From an uncultured Actinomycetota bacterium (GTDB taxonomy: Bacteria > Actinomycetota > Actinomycetes > Mycobacteriales > Pseudonocardiaceae), in the NCBI GenBank assembly GCA_963837575.1, contig CAWIOI010000001.1, forward strand, positions 140,779-204,778: a DNA stretch of 64,000 nt, given 5' to 3'. Every line of letters starts with the position of its first letter. Positions within the stretch are counted from its first letter, which is position 1. Made by a program: the position numbers and the translations under genes. Shown here in pieces: positions 20,063-28,956 of the stretch. The notes below the pieces were generated by a model. The model had not been told where the DNA came from and did not search any database. It worked only from the letters and a program-made list of their open reading frames with translations.

Positions 20063-22762
20063 ATGCTCGGTCGGATCATGGGGTGGACACGGCTGCATGG
20101 GCGTCGGCTCGTGTGGGCGCTCGCGGTGCTGGCGGTCTTCGCGCTGGGCGGCTGGGGCTTCACCGATCTCCAGGCCGCACCCGGCACGTCGGTGGAGAGC
20201 CTGAGCTTTCTCGACGTCTGCTACCGGACGCTTCGTCTGTTCACGCTCAACCTGGACCTGCCGGACAACGCGAGCGCCCCGCCGCAACTCTGGGTGGCGG
20301 CGTTCGCGGCGCCGGTCGTGACCGCTCGCGGTCTTGCCGCACTGTTCCGCAATCAGCTCGCCGGGATCGTGACGCAGTACCTGACGTGGCCGCGCGTCGT
20401 GGTGTTCGGCGCCAATGCCCGCACCGCTGCGCTGCTCGCCGCGGAGGAGCCTGCCGGGCGCAGGCGGGACGCGGTCGTGGTCGTCGATCCCGACCCGGTG
20501 GCGTTGGCGACCATGGCCGCGCCGCGGGTGCGCACGGTGATCGCGGACGGCACGAGCGCCGACGGCCTCGCGCGCGCCGCCGTGCGGCGAGCCGCCACCG
20601 TCATCGTCAGCACCGGCGATCATGTGCGCAACTCGTCGATCGCGACCCGGGTGCTCGCGCTGCAACCGTCTCCCAAGCTCGATCTCTTCGTCGAGGTGGA
20701 CGGGTACGGCCTGGCCCGGGTGCTCGAGCAGGGTGGCAGGCGGGCCGGTGTCGAGACCACGCCCTTCAGTGCCCCGGTGATGGCCATCGAGTCGGTGCTC
20801 GACCAGCTCGAGGACGAACGCCGGGCGAAGGGTCTCCCGCCGCTGCTCGCAGCCGACCCCGACGGGGAACCCGCCACGCTGGCGCTCTTCGGCTCCGGAG
20901 CACTGCTCGACGCCGCCGCCCTCGACCTGTACCGCCGTCGCCGACTGCACCTCTTGGCGGACACGGCCGCGGCGAAGACGACGCCCCGGATCGTCGTGTT
21001 CGGCCCGGATGCCGAGCCGCGGCGGGACGCGCTCGTCACCCTGCTCGGAACCGGGCTGCAGGCGTTGGACGTCGAGGCGGTCAACGCCGCGCTCGGCCAG
21101 CTCGTGGAACTGGACATCGGGACCGCGCGCCACTTGGCCCGCTACCGACTGCGCCAGGTCCTCGTGCTCATCCGCACCGACCTCGATTGCGGCATCGCCG
21201 TCGCCCTCGCGCGACACCTGGGGCCGCAGGCCGAGGTCGTGCTGGTCAACGAGAGCCCGACGACACCCATCGGCGACGAGATCGAGCGGCAGACGGCGGC
21301 GTCGCCGCTGATGGGGCGGGTGCGGCTGTTCCGCATGACCGATCGCGCGTACCGGTCGTCGATCCTGCGGTCCGAGCGACGGGTGGACCGACTCGCGCAG
21401 GCTTTGCTCGCCGAGCCGGGAGGCCCGACCGACGGGCGTCGCGCCGCCGCCCAATCGATGATCGCCGCGACCGAGGCAGGCGGGGTGACGGTGCGACGCG
21501 ACGCCCTTGCGACGCTCAACCCACCGCACCTGCCCCTGCTCACGGTCCTCGGTCTCGACCCTCCGCTCGCCGCGGCGCGGGCCGGGTTGACCGTCGACTT
21601 CCAGCACCCGGACACCCTCCTGCAGGCCGGTCGACGCCTGCTGGCCGCGGAATCACCCGCGGCGTTTGCGACGTGGTGCGAGGTGGCGAGGCTGCGCAGC
21701 AACCCCGCCGACCTCCGCTCCGACGCGCCGACCGAGGGCCCCGGCGATGATCTCGACGACATCCGGGCCGTCCTGTCGCTGCGCGAAGCGACTCTCGGCG
21801 ATCCGCATGCCCGGGGCGCGCTGCCCGCACCCGCGCCCTGCGCGCAGGCCGGTCACACGATCGTGCTGTGCGCAGGAAGCAGCGACGAGGCCTGCGCCGA
21901 GCTCCTGCGGCCTGCCTGGTTGCGGCCCGCCGACGACCTCACCGTGTGGACGACGGCGCCGCCGGATTCCCGTCTCATCGCGGCCGCGGCGGCGGAGGGG
22001 GTGACGCTGCGCCCCGCCCCGCTCGACGGCTCGGCCCGCAGGCGCGGGATGGCGATCTGGCGGGCGCTGATCGCGGCGGGAGCACAGCCGGGTGACGTCC
22101 GGGTGGTTGCCCTGCCCGGCGCCGCCATCGACGAGATCCTGATCGCGCGGGCCCTCGGCGCCACCGTCGGTCGGGTCGAGGTCGCCGGCGGGGCCGATCT
22201 GTCGCGCCTCGTGTTGGGGGGCGGGACGCACATCATCCCGCTGCCCGACGACCGCATGACCGTGCGCGCGTTCCTGCGCAGGAGCACGTGGCCTGCCGAC
22301 ATGGGCGACCCCATGCCGGTCGCGGCGGGGATGCACCGGCTGTACGTCGAGCGGCATCGTTCCCGCAAACAGACGGATGATCCGGCGCTGGAGCCGTGGG
22401 ACCGGCTCTCGCCGTGGCTGCGAGCGTCCAATCTCGCCCTCGTCCACGACGTCCCGAACAAGCTGGCTGTGATCGGACTCCGACTCGCACCGGCCGCTGC
22501 GGACTCCGCCGTCGACCTGTCGAGAGCAGTGGACGAGCACATCGCGCTGCTCGCCGAGCAGGAACACGGCCGCTTCACCGCCGAACGCCTGACCAGCGGC
22601 TGGACCAGCGGCGTGCGTGATCCCGCCCGATTCATGACACCACACCTGAAACGGTGGACCGCGCTCGACCGCGAGGCGAAGCGCTACGACCGGGAGGTGG
22701 TCCGCGATCTGATGACCGCACTCGGTGAGCAGGGACTCGCGGCGGTGCCCTGGGCACCCTGA
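20063..22762 (+). CDS. Membrane protein: 2-TM channel-like segment + RCK/TrkA-N domains + SLOG-like domain + tandem RyR repeats
   Basis: TM1-SFLDVCYRTLRLFTLN-TM2; VVVFGAN..VVVVDPD..IADGTSADGLARAAV..STGDHVRN (RCK); LPGAAIDEILIARALGATV (SLOG-like); PALEPWDRLSPWLRASN and LAEQEHGRFTAERLTSGW..PHLKRWTALDREAKRYD (RyR). Confidence 0.8.
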   Translation: MLGRIMGWTRLHGRRLVWALAVLAVFALGGWGFTDLQAAPGTSVESLSFLDVCYRTLRLFTLNLDLPDNASAPPQLWVAAFAAPVVTARGLAALFRNQLAGIVTQYLTWPRVVVFGANARTAALLAAEEPAGRRRDAVVVVDPDPVALATMAAPRVRTVIADGTSADGLARAAVRRAATVIVSTGDHVRNSSIATRVLALQPSPKLDLFVEVDGYGLARVLEQGGRRAGVETTPFSAPVMAIESVLDQLEDERRAKGLPPLLAADPDGEPATLALFGSGALLDAAALDLYRRRRLHLLADTAAAKTTPRIVVFGPDAEPRRDALVTLLGTGLQALDVEAVNAALGQLVELDIGTARHLARYRLRQVLVLIRTDLDCGIAVALARHLGPQAEVVLVNESPTTPIGDEIERQTAASPLMGRVRLFRMTDRAYRSSILRSERRVDRLAQALLAEPGGPTDGRRAAAQSMIAATEAGGVTVRRDALATLNPPHLPLLTVLGLDPPLAAARAGLTVDFQHPDTLLQAGRRLLAAESPAAFATWCEVARLRSNPADLRSDAPTEGPGDDLDDIRAVLSLREATLGDPHARGALPAPAPCAQAGHTIVLCAGSSDEACAELLRPAWLRPADDLTVWTTAPPDSRLIAAAAAEGVTLRPAPLDGSARRRGMAIWRALIAAGAQPGDVRVVALPGAAIDEILIARALGATVGRVEVAGGADLSRLVLGGGTHIIPLPDDRMTVRAFLRRSTWPADMGDPMPVAAGMHRLYVERHRSRKQTDDPALEPWDRLSPWLRASNLALVHDVPNKLAVIGLRLAPAAADSAVDLSRAVDEHIALLAEQEHGRFTAERLTSGWTSGVRDPARFMTPHLKRWTALDREAKRYDREVVRDLMTALGEQGLAAVPWAP

Positions 22763-24936
22763 TCACCCCGCCGCGGCCAGCGCGAACGGGAGCACGGCGC
22801 CCGCGCCCGCCCGGCGCAGCAGGCGGGCGGCCACCGTCATCGTCCACCCGGTGTCGATCACGTCGTCGACGAGCAGCACCGGGCCCGCGGGCACGGCGAA
22901 CTCGGGCTCGGCGAACGCGCCCCACACGGATGCGAGGCGCTGGGCCGAGTTGGCGTGCGCTGCGGGCCGCGGCCCCTGCGGCGTCAGGGTGCCGAGCAAC
23001 GGCAGCCTGCCGATCTCGGCGATCCGCCGGGCCAGGTGGGCGAGCTGGTGCGGGCGGGTGCGCGAGCCAACGCCGACCACGCCGACCGGCCGCTGCGCCC
23101 ACTCCCAGCCCGCGAGCACCCGGACGCAGGCGTCCAGCACGTCCTTCGGCACCGGCTGGTCGGCGCCCTCCGCATCGGCGCCCTCCGCATCGGCGCCCTC
23201 CGCATCGGCGGGCTGCGCATCGGCGGGCTGTGCATCCGCGCGGTCCGCATCGGCGCCGGCGGTGAGCTCCCGCAGCCGGGTGCCCCACCCGATATCCGAG
23301 AGCCGCCCGATCACCCGCCCGGGCTCCGCCAGCTCGTCGGCCGCGATCCGCCCGGACACCGGCACCGCGAGCCCGGCCATGCCCGACGGCCACTGCCGCC
23401 GCGGTGCCACCTCGACGCCCGGCCGGGAGAGCCGTTCGCGGGCGGCGTCGGTGTCGGCGGCCGCCACCTCGGCGCTCCACACCGTGCCGGTGCAGACGTC
23501 GCAGCGCCCGCAGGGGCCTGCGGACGGGTCGTCGAGCTGGCGGCGCAGGAACACCATGCGGCACTCGCCGGTGTCGAGGTACTCCAGCATCGCCTTCTGC
23601 TCCGCCACCCGGGCCTCGGCGATCCGGCGGTGCCGTTCCCGGTCGTAGACCCACTCGGCGCCGGTGCCGACCCATCCGCCCTTGACCCGCTTGGCGGCGC
23701 CGTCCGCGTCGAGCACCTTGAGCAACATCTCCAGACGGGTGCGCGAGAGGTCGACCCGCGGCTCGATCGCGGCCGTCGACAGCGGCGCGTCCGACAGCAC
23801 GGCCAGGGTCTGCCGCACGAGCGGCTCGGGCGGGAACGCGAGCGAGGCGAAGTACTTCCAGATGTCGCGGTCCTCGTGGCCGGGCAGGAGCACCACCTCG
23901 GCCCGCTCGACCGCGCGGCCCGCCCGGCCGATCTGCTGGTAGTACGCCACCGGTGAGGCGGGCGCGCCCAGGTGCACGACGAACCCCAGGTCGGGCTTGT
24001 CGAACCCCATGCCGAGCGCGCTCGTGGCGACGAGCGCCTTCACGCGGTTGGCCAGGAGATCGGCCTCGGCGGCGAGGCGCTCCTCGGGCTCGGTCTTGCC
24101 GGTGTAGGAGGCCACCCGGTGGCCGCGCTCGCGCAGGAACTCCGCCACGTCCTCGGCGGCCTGGATCGTGAGCGTGTAGACGATGCCCGCGCCGGGCAGC
24201 TCGGCGAGCCGGGCCGCGAGCCACCCGAGCCGCTCGGCGGGCGTGCGCAGCTTCACGACCGACAGGCGCAGGCTCTCCCGGTCGAGCGAGCCGCGCAGCA
24301 CCAGCGGCGCTCCGGAGGACAACCCGAGCTGTTCGGTGACGTCCACGACCACCCGGTCGTTCGCCGTGGCCGTGGTGGCGAGCACCGGGATGCCCGGCGG
24401 GAGCTCGCCGATGAGCGCGGCGAGCCGCCGGTAGTCGGGCCGGAAGTCGTGCCCCCAGTCGGACACGCAGTGCGCCTCGTCCACCACGAGCATCCCCGCG
24501 CTCGCCGTGAGGCGGGGCAGAACTCGGTCGCGGAAGTCGGGGTTGTTGAGCCGCTCGGGGCTGACCAGCAGCACATCGACCTCGCCCGCGTCGACCGCCG
24601 CGTAGGTGCGCTCCCAATCGGCGGTGTTGGCGGAGTTGACGGTGACCGCGCGGATGCCCGCCCGCTCGGCCGCCTCGATCTGGTTGCGCATCAGCGCGAG
24701 CAGCGGCGAGACGATCACGGTGGGGCCCGCGCCGCCCGCCCGCAGCAGCGCGGTGGCCACGAAGTAGACCGCCGACTTGCCCCATCCCGTGCGCTGCACC
24801 ACGAGCGCCCGCCGCCGCTCGGCGACCAGGGCGTGGATCGCCGTCCACTGGTCCTCGCGGAGGGCCGCCCCGGCCCGGCCAGCGCGGCGAGCGTCTCCTC
24901 GGCCCGGGCGCGCAGATCCTGCTCGGTCGTCGTCAC
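22763..24936 (-). CDS. recQ: RecQ family ATP-dependent DNA helicase; frameshift near 24870
   Basis: QRTGWGKS, DEAH, WGHDFRPDY, LGMGFDKPD, YYQQIGRAGR, CGRCDVC; N-terminal VTTTEQDLRARAE in another frame. Confidence 0.93.
23161..23250. repeat. 15-bp tandem repeat x6 inside recQ (ADAEG/ADAQP)
   Basis: CGGCGCCCTCCGCAT and variants, in frame. Confidence 0.9.
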
Positions 24937-24977
24937 GGCACCCATCGTGCCCCGGGGGTCCGACAGCCTGGCGCCCA

Positions 24978-25034
24978 CACCGGCAGTGCCGTCCCCGCAC
25001 GGGTGTCCGGACGCTTGTGCGAGCGCGGCATCGC
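24978..25034. repeat. Left copy of 57-bp imperfect direct repeat flanking the AbiEi-like gene
   Basis: Aligns ungapped with 26017-26073 (45/57 identical by hand count). Confidence 0.8.
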
Positions 25035-25100
25035 CGTTGTGGGGCGCGGACTCGTCGAAAAGCCCGCGGGCGGAGTCCGATCGCGGCCATCCTGGGCGCC

Positions 25101-26012
25101 GTGAACCTGCCGACGCTCGGGCCCGGCCCCCTGCTGCTCCGCGATCTCGTCGCCGCCGGGGTGGCCGAGGACGAGGTGCGCCGCCTGCACCGCCGCGGGG
25201 AGCTGGCGCGCATCGCACCCGGCGCCTACCTCGACGCCGCCGACCCCCGCCTGCAACGGCCGGAGGACCGGCACCTGCTCCAGGTGGTCGCCGCAGTGCC
25301 CAGGATCGCGTCGGACGCCGTCGTCAGCCACCAGTCGGCGGCCGTGCTGCATCGGCTGCCGGTCTGGCACCTCCCGCTCACTCGCGTGCACGCGACGCGG
25401 CCACGGCGCTCCGGGGCGCTGCGCACAGGGCGGTTGCAGGTCCACACCGCGCCGCTTGAGCCCGACGAGATCGTGGTCGTCGACGGAGTCGCGGTGACAG
25501 CGGTTGCCCGCACCGCCACCGACATCGCGCGCACCGCTGGCTTCGAGGAAGCCGTCGCGGTGCTCGATGCGGCGCTGCACCGCCACCTCGTCACGGTAGC
25601 CGGGCTCGCGACCTGCGTCGATCGGATGGCCGGTTGGCCCGGTGTTCCCCGAGCGCGACGGGCAGTTGACTTCGCCGACCCGCGGTCGATGAGCGTCGGG
25701 GAGTCCCGGAGTCGGGTCGCGATGGCGCGCCTCGGCGTGGCCACACCGGTGCTGCAGTGGCCGGTGGTCGGACGATCGGGCCGGATACTCGGCACGGCGG
25801 ACTTCGGTTGGCCCGAGCACGGGGTCGTCGGGGAGTTCGACGGCTCCGGCAAGTACGGCAGGCTGCTGCGCCCCGGACAGGTGCCCGCCGACGTGGTGTT
25901 CGCCGAGAAGCGGCGCGAGGACGCGATGCGGACGGTGCTGCGCGGTTTCGTCCGATGGGTGTGGGACGAGATCGACGCCTTCGCCGACGTGGCGGGTCGG
26001 TTGCCGAGATGA
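25101..26012 (+). CDS. AbiEi-like winged-helix / DUF559-related protein
   Basis: RRGELARIAPGAY, VSHQSAAVLH, VARTATDIAR, SVGESRSR, ADFGWPEHGVVGEFDG..KY, EKRRED, RWVW. Confidence 0.8.
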   Translation: MNLPTLGPGPLLLRDLVAAGVAEDEVRRLHRRGELARIAPGAYLDAADPRLQRPEDRHLLQVVAAVPRIASDAVVSHQSAAVLHRLPVWHLPLTRVHATRPRRSGALRTGRLQVHTAPLEPDEIVVVDGVAVTAVARTATDIARTAGFEEAVAVLDAALHRHLVTVAGLATCVDRMAGWPGVPRARRAVDFADPRSMSVGESRSRVAMARLGVATPVLQWPVVGRSGRILGTADFGWPEHGVVGEFDGSGKYGRLLRPGQVPADVVFAEKRREDAMRTVLRGFVRWVWDEIDAFADVAGRLPR

Positions 26013-26016
26013 CCGG

Positions 26017-26073
26017 CACCGGCAGTGCCGCGTCCGCACGGGCGTCGGGCCGCGGGTGTGAGCACCGCAACGC
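26017..26073. repeat. Right copy of 57-bp imperfect direct repeat
   Basis: Begins CACCGGCAGTGCCG, as at 24978. Confidence 0.8.
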
Positions 26074-26117
26074 TTGTGTGGTGCCATCCGGGAGCCCCGC
26101 ACGGCAGGATGAAGCGC

Positions 26118-26993
26118 GTGAGCCTGCCCCAGTCGCCGCTGTTCGGCTCCGTCGCGGACGTCGCGCAGCGCCTGGCAGGCGTCGGATACCTCGCGTCAAC
26201 GGCCGTCGCCACCACGGTCTTCCTCGCGGACCGCCTCGGCAAGCCGTTGCTCGTCGAGGGCCCGGCAGGGGTCGGCAAGACCGAGCTGGCCAAGGCGGTG
26301 GCGGCGGCGACGGACGCGGGCCTGGTGCGGCTGCAGTGCTACGAGGGCATCGACGAGGCCCGCGCGCTGTACGAGTGGAACCACGCCAAGCAGCTGCTGC
26401 GGATCACCGCGGGCCAGGGCCGCGAGACGTGGGACGCGACCCGCGACGACGTGTTCAGCGAGGAGTTCCTGCTTCCGCGCCCCCTGCTGACCGCGATCCG
26501 GCGCACCGAGCCGACGGTGCTGCTCGTCGACGAGATCGACAAGGCGGACGTCGAGGTCGAGGGCCTGCTGCTGGAGGTGCTGTCGGACTTCCAGGTGACC
26601 GTGCCGGAGATGGGCACGGTCACGGCGGTGCGCAGGCCGTTCGCGCTGCTCACGTCCAACTCGACGCGCGAGCTTTCGGAGGCGCTCAAGCGCCGCTGCC
26701 TGTTCCTGCACCTCGACTTCCCCGACGCCGACCTGGAGCGGCGCATCGTGCTCTCGCGGGTGCCGGAGCTGGCCGAGCAGCTCGTCGACGCGCTGGTGCG
26801 CACGGTGCGGGTGCTGCGCGGGCTGGAGCTGCGCAAGGCCCCCTCCGTCGCCGAGACGATCGACTGGGGTCGCACCTTGCTCGCGCTCGGCCTCGACACC
26901 CTCGACGACGACGCCGTGCGCGCCACGCTGGGCGTCGTACTCAAACACCAGTCCGACGCCGTGAAAGCGGCCGCGGAGCTGCGGCTGAACTAA
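26118..26993 (+). CDS. MoxR/CoxD-like AAA ATPase
   Basis: EGPAGVGKT, RLQCYEG, LLVDEIDKAD, ELSEALKRRC. Confidence 0.92.
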   Translation: MSLPQSPLFGSVADVAQRLAGVGYLASTAVATTVFLADRLGKPLLVEGPAGVGKTELAKAVAAATDAGLVRLQCYEGIDEARALYEWNHAKQLLRITAGQGRETWDATRDDVFSEEFLLPRPLLTAIRRTEPTVLLVDEIDKADVEVEGLLLEVLSDFQVTVPEMGTVTAVRRPFALLTSNSTRELSEALKRRCLFLHLDFPDADLERRIVLSRVPELAEQLVDALVRTVRVLRGLELRKAPSVAETIDWGRTLLALGLDTLDDDAVRATLGVVLKHQSDAVKAAAELRLN

Positions 26994-27003
26994 CCTCGAC
27001 GGG

Positions 27004-28422
27004 GTGACCGTCGTCGAGCACGGCCTCCCGGGGCACCTCGTCGCGTTCGTGGGCGCCCTGCGGCGGCACGGTGTGGCGGTGGGGCCGGGCGAGACCATCG
27101 ACGCCGCCCGCGTGCTCGGCGCGCTCGATCTCCTCCACCGCGAGCACCTGCGCGAGGGCCTGGCTGCCGCGCTGCTGCGCCGCTCGGGCCAGCGCCAGGC
27201 GTTCGACACGCTCTTCGAGCTGTACTGGCCCGCTGCGCTGGGGGCGGGCAGCGGCGAGGTCGACGTGCCCCGCATCGACGACGCCGACGACGGCCCGGTC
27301 GACATCGACGCCCTCCGCGACGTTCTCGCCGAGCTGCTCCGCGACGGCGACACCGAGGCGCTGGCCGAGCTCGCCCGCGCCATCGTCGACGCGCTGGGCC
27401 GGGCGGGCGGGGTGGGCAGCGGCATCCGCGGCCTCGCCGGGCAGCCCACCTGGTCGGCCTACCAGTCGCTGCGCATGCTCGCCCCGGAGACGCTGCTGGC
27501 CCGGATCCTGGCCGATCTGCGCGGCCCCGACGTCGAGGAGGGCAGCTTCGCCGACGAGGTGCTGCGCCGCGAGATCCGCGACCGCATCGCCGCCTTCCGC
27601 AAGATGATCACCGACGAGGTGCGGCGGCGGACCGCGGAGCTGCGCGGACGCGACCAGGTGGCGCGCTCGGCGGTGCCGAAGCAGATCGAACAGGTGGAGT
27701 TCCTGTCCGCGCACGCCGAGCAGCTCGCCCAGCTCCGCCGCACCGTGCAGCCGCTCGCCCGACGTCTCGCGGCGCGGCTCGCGGTGCGTCGCAAGCACGC
27801 CAAGCACGGGGAGATCGACATGCGCCGCACCCTGCGCCGCTCGATGTCCACCGGCGGCGTGCCGATGCGCCCGGCCTACCGCACGCGACGACCGGGCCGC
27901 CCGGAGCTGGTGATCCTCTGCGACGTGTCGGGCTCGGTCGCCGGGTTCAGCCACTTCACGCTGCTCTTGGTGCAGGCGCTGCGGGAGCAGTTCTCCAAGG
28001 TGCGGGTGTTCGCGTTCGTCGAGCGTGCCGACGAGGTCACGCACCTGTTCGCGCCGGGGGCGGAGCTGTCGGGCGTCATGCAGCGGGTGCTGCGGGAGGC
28101 CGATCTCGTCGCGTTCGACGGGCACAGCGATTACGGCGGCAGCCTCGGCGGGTTCGCCGAGCACTGGGCCGGCGCGATCACGTCCAAGACCTCGCTGCTG
28201 GTCCTGGGCGACGGCCGCACGAACTACCGCGACCCCAACCTGGCGGTGCTGCGGCGGCTCGTCGGCGTCGCGAGGCACGCGCACTGGCTCAACCCCGAGC
28301 CCCGACGCCAGTGGGGCAGCGGCGACTCCGCGGCCCTGCGCTACGCCGACGTCCTCCCCATGCACGAGTGCCGGACGGCCGCGCAGCTCGCGGCCGTCGT
28401 GGAGGCGCTGCTGCCCGTCTGA
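27004..28422 (+). CDS. CoxE-like von Willebrand A domain protein
   Basis: MIDAS motif CDVSGS, HSDYG, LGDGRTNY, WLNPE. Confidence 0.9.
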   Translation: MTVVEHGLPGHLVAFVGALRRHGVAVGPGETIDAARVLGALDLLHREHLREGLAAALLRRSGQRQAFDTLFELYWPAALGAGSGEVDVPRIDDADDGPVDIDALRDVLAELLRDGDTEALAELARAIVDALGRAGGVGSGIRGLAGQPTWSAYQSLRMLAPETLLARILADLRGPDVEEGSFADEVLRREIRDRIAAFRKMITDEVRRRTAELRGRDQVARSAVPKQIEQVEFLSAHAEQLAQLRRTVQPLARRLAARLAVRRKHAKHGEIDMRRTLRRSMSTGGVPMRPAYRTRRPGRPELVILCDVSGSVAGFSHFTLLLVQALREQFSKVRVFAFVERADEVTHLFAPGAELSGVMQRVLREADLVAFDGHSDYGGSLGGFAEHWAGAITSKTSLLVLGDGRTNYRDPNLAVLRRLVGVARHAHWLNPEPRRQWGSGDSAALRYADVLPMHECRTAAQLAAVVEALLPV

Positions 28423-28461
28423 CCTGCATCGGGACGTGATGTACGAGACTTGATCCGCTTC

Positions 28462-28491
28462 TTGACCGGCTGGCCAGTCAAGGCGTAGACC
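28462..28491 (+). promoter_or_regulatory. Promoter with overlapping palindromic operator (probably TetR)
   Basis: TTGACCGGCTGGCCAGTCAA imperfect palindrome containing -35 TTGACC; TAGACC 18 nt downstream. Confidence 0.6.
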
Positions 28492-28522
28492 GTACCTGTC
28501 GGATGAAGGGAAGTGGTGGCAA

Positions 28523-28891
28523 ATGGCTACCGGACAGGTCGGGACGTGGCGGCGCTGGCAGGACTGGGCGGCGCTGGTGATCGGCGTGCTGGTCGCGCTC
28601 TCACCGATCGTCGTGACCACCACGGCCGCGGCCGTGTGGTCCCTGGTGGTGCTCGGCGTCGTGCTCGCGTTGACCGGGTTGTGGTCGCTCGCGGTGCCGG
28701 GCTCGGCGGCGAGCGAGTACGGGCACATCGTGCTGGGTGTGCTGCTGTTCATCGCGCCGTGGGTGCTGGCCTACAGCGCTCTGGCCGGGGCGTCGTGGAC
28801 CTCCTGGGTCGGCGGTGTCCTCGCGGTGATCGTGGGCGCCACGGCCCTGCCCGCGGCGAACGCCGAACACCGGCTCGCCGCGCAGCACTGA
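28523..28891 (+). CDS. SPW repeat membrane protein
   Basis: RWQDWAALVIG..LSP, FIAPWVLAY; four short TMs. Confidence 0.85.
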   Translation: MATGQVGTWRRWQDWAALVIGVLVALSPIVVTTTAAAVWSLVVLGVVLALTGLWSLAVPGSAASEYGHIVLGVLLFIAPWVLAYSALAGASWTSWVGGVLAVIVGATALPAANAEHRLAAQH

Positions 28892-28956
28892 CCGATCGCG
28901 GAACGGCCGAGGCCCCCCTGGCCCCGGCCGTTCCGCATGTCCGACACTCATCCCCG

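Noticed and set aside
20063-20400. Ordinary potassium channel or TrkA uptake protein
   Set aside because: No TVGYG filter, no TrkH/KtrB partner, and extra SLOG-like and RyR regions
17700-22762. Assignment to canonical CBASS, Thoeris or Pycsar
   Set aside because: No nucleotidyltransferase or cyclase, and no SIR2 or Macro effector is recognisable
25101-26012. Type IV toxin-antitoxin system
   Set aside because: No AbiEii nucleotidyltransferase toxin gene is adjacent
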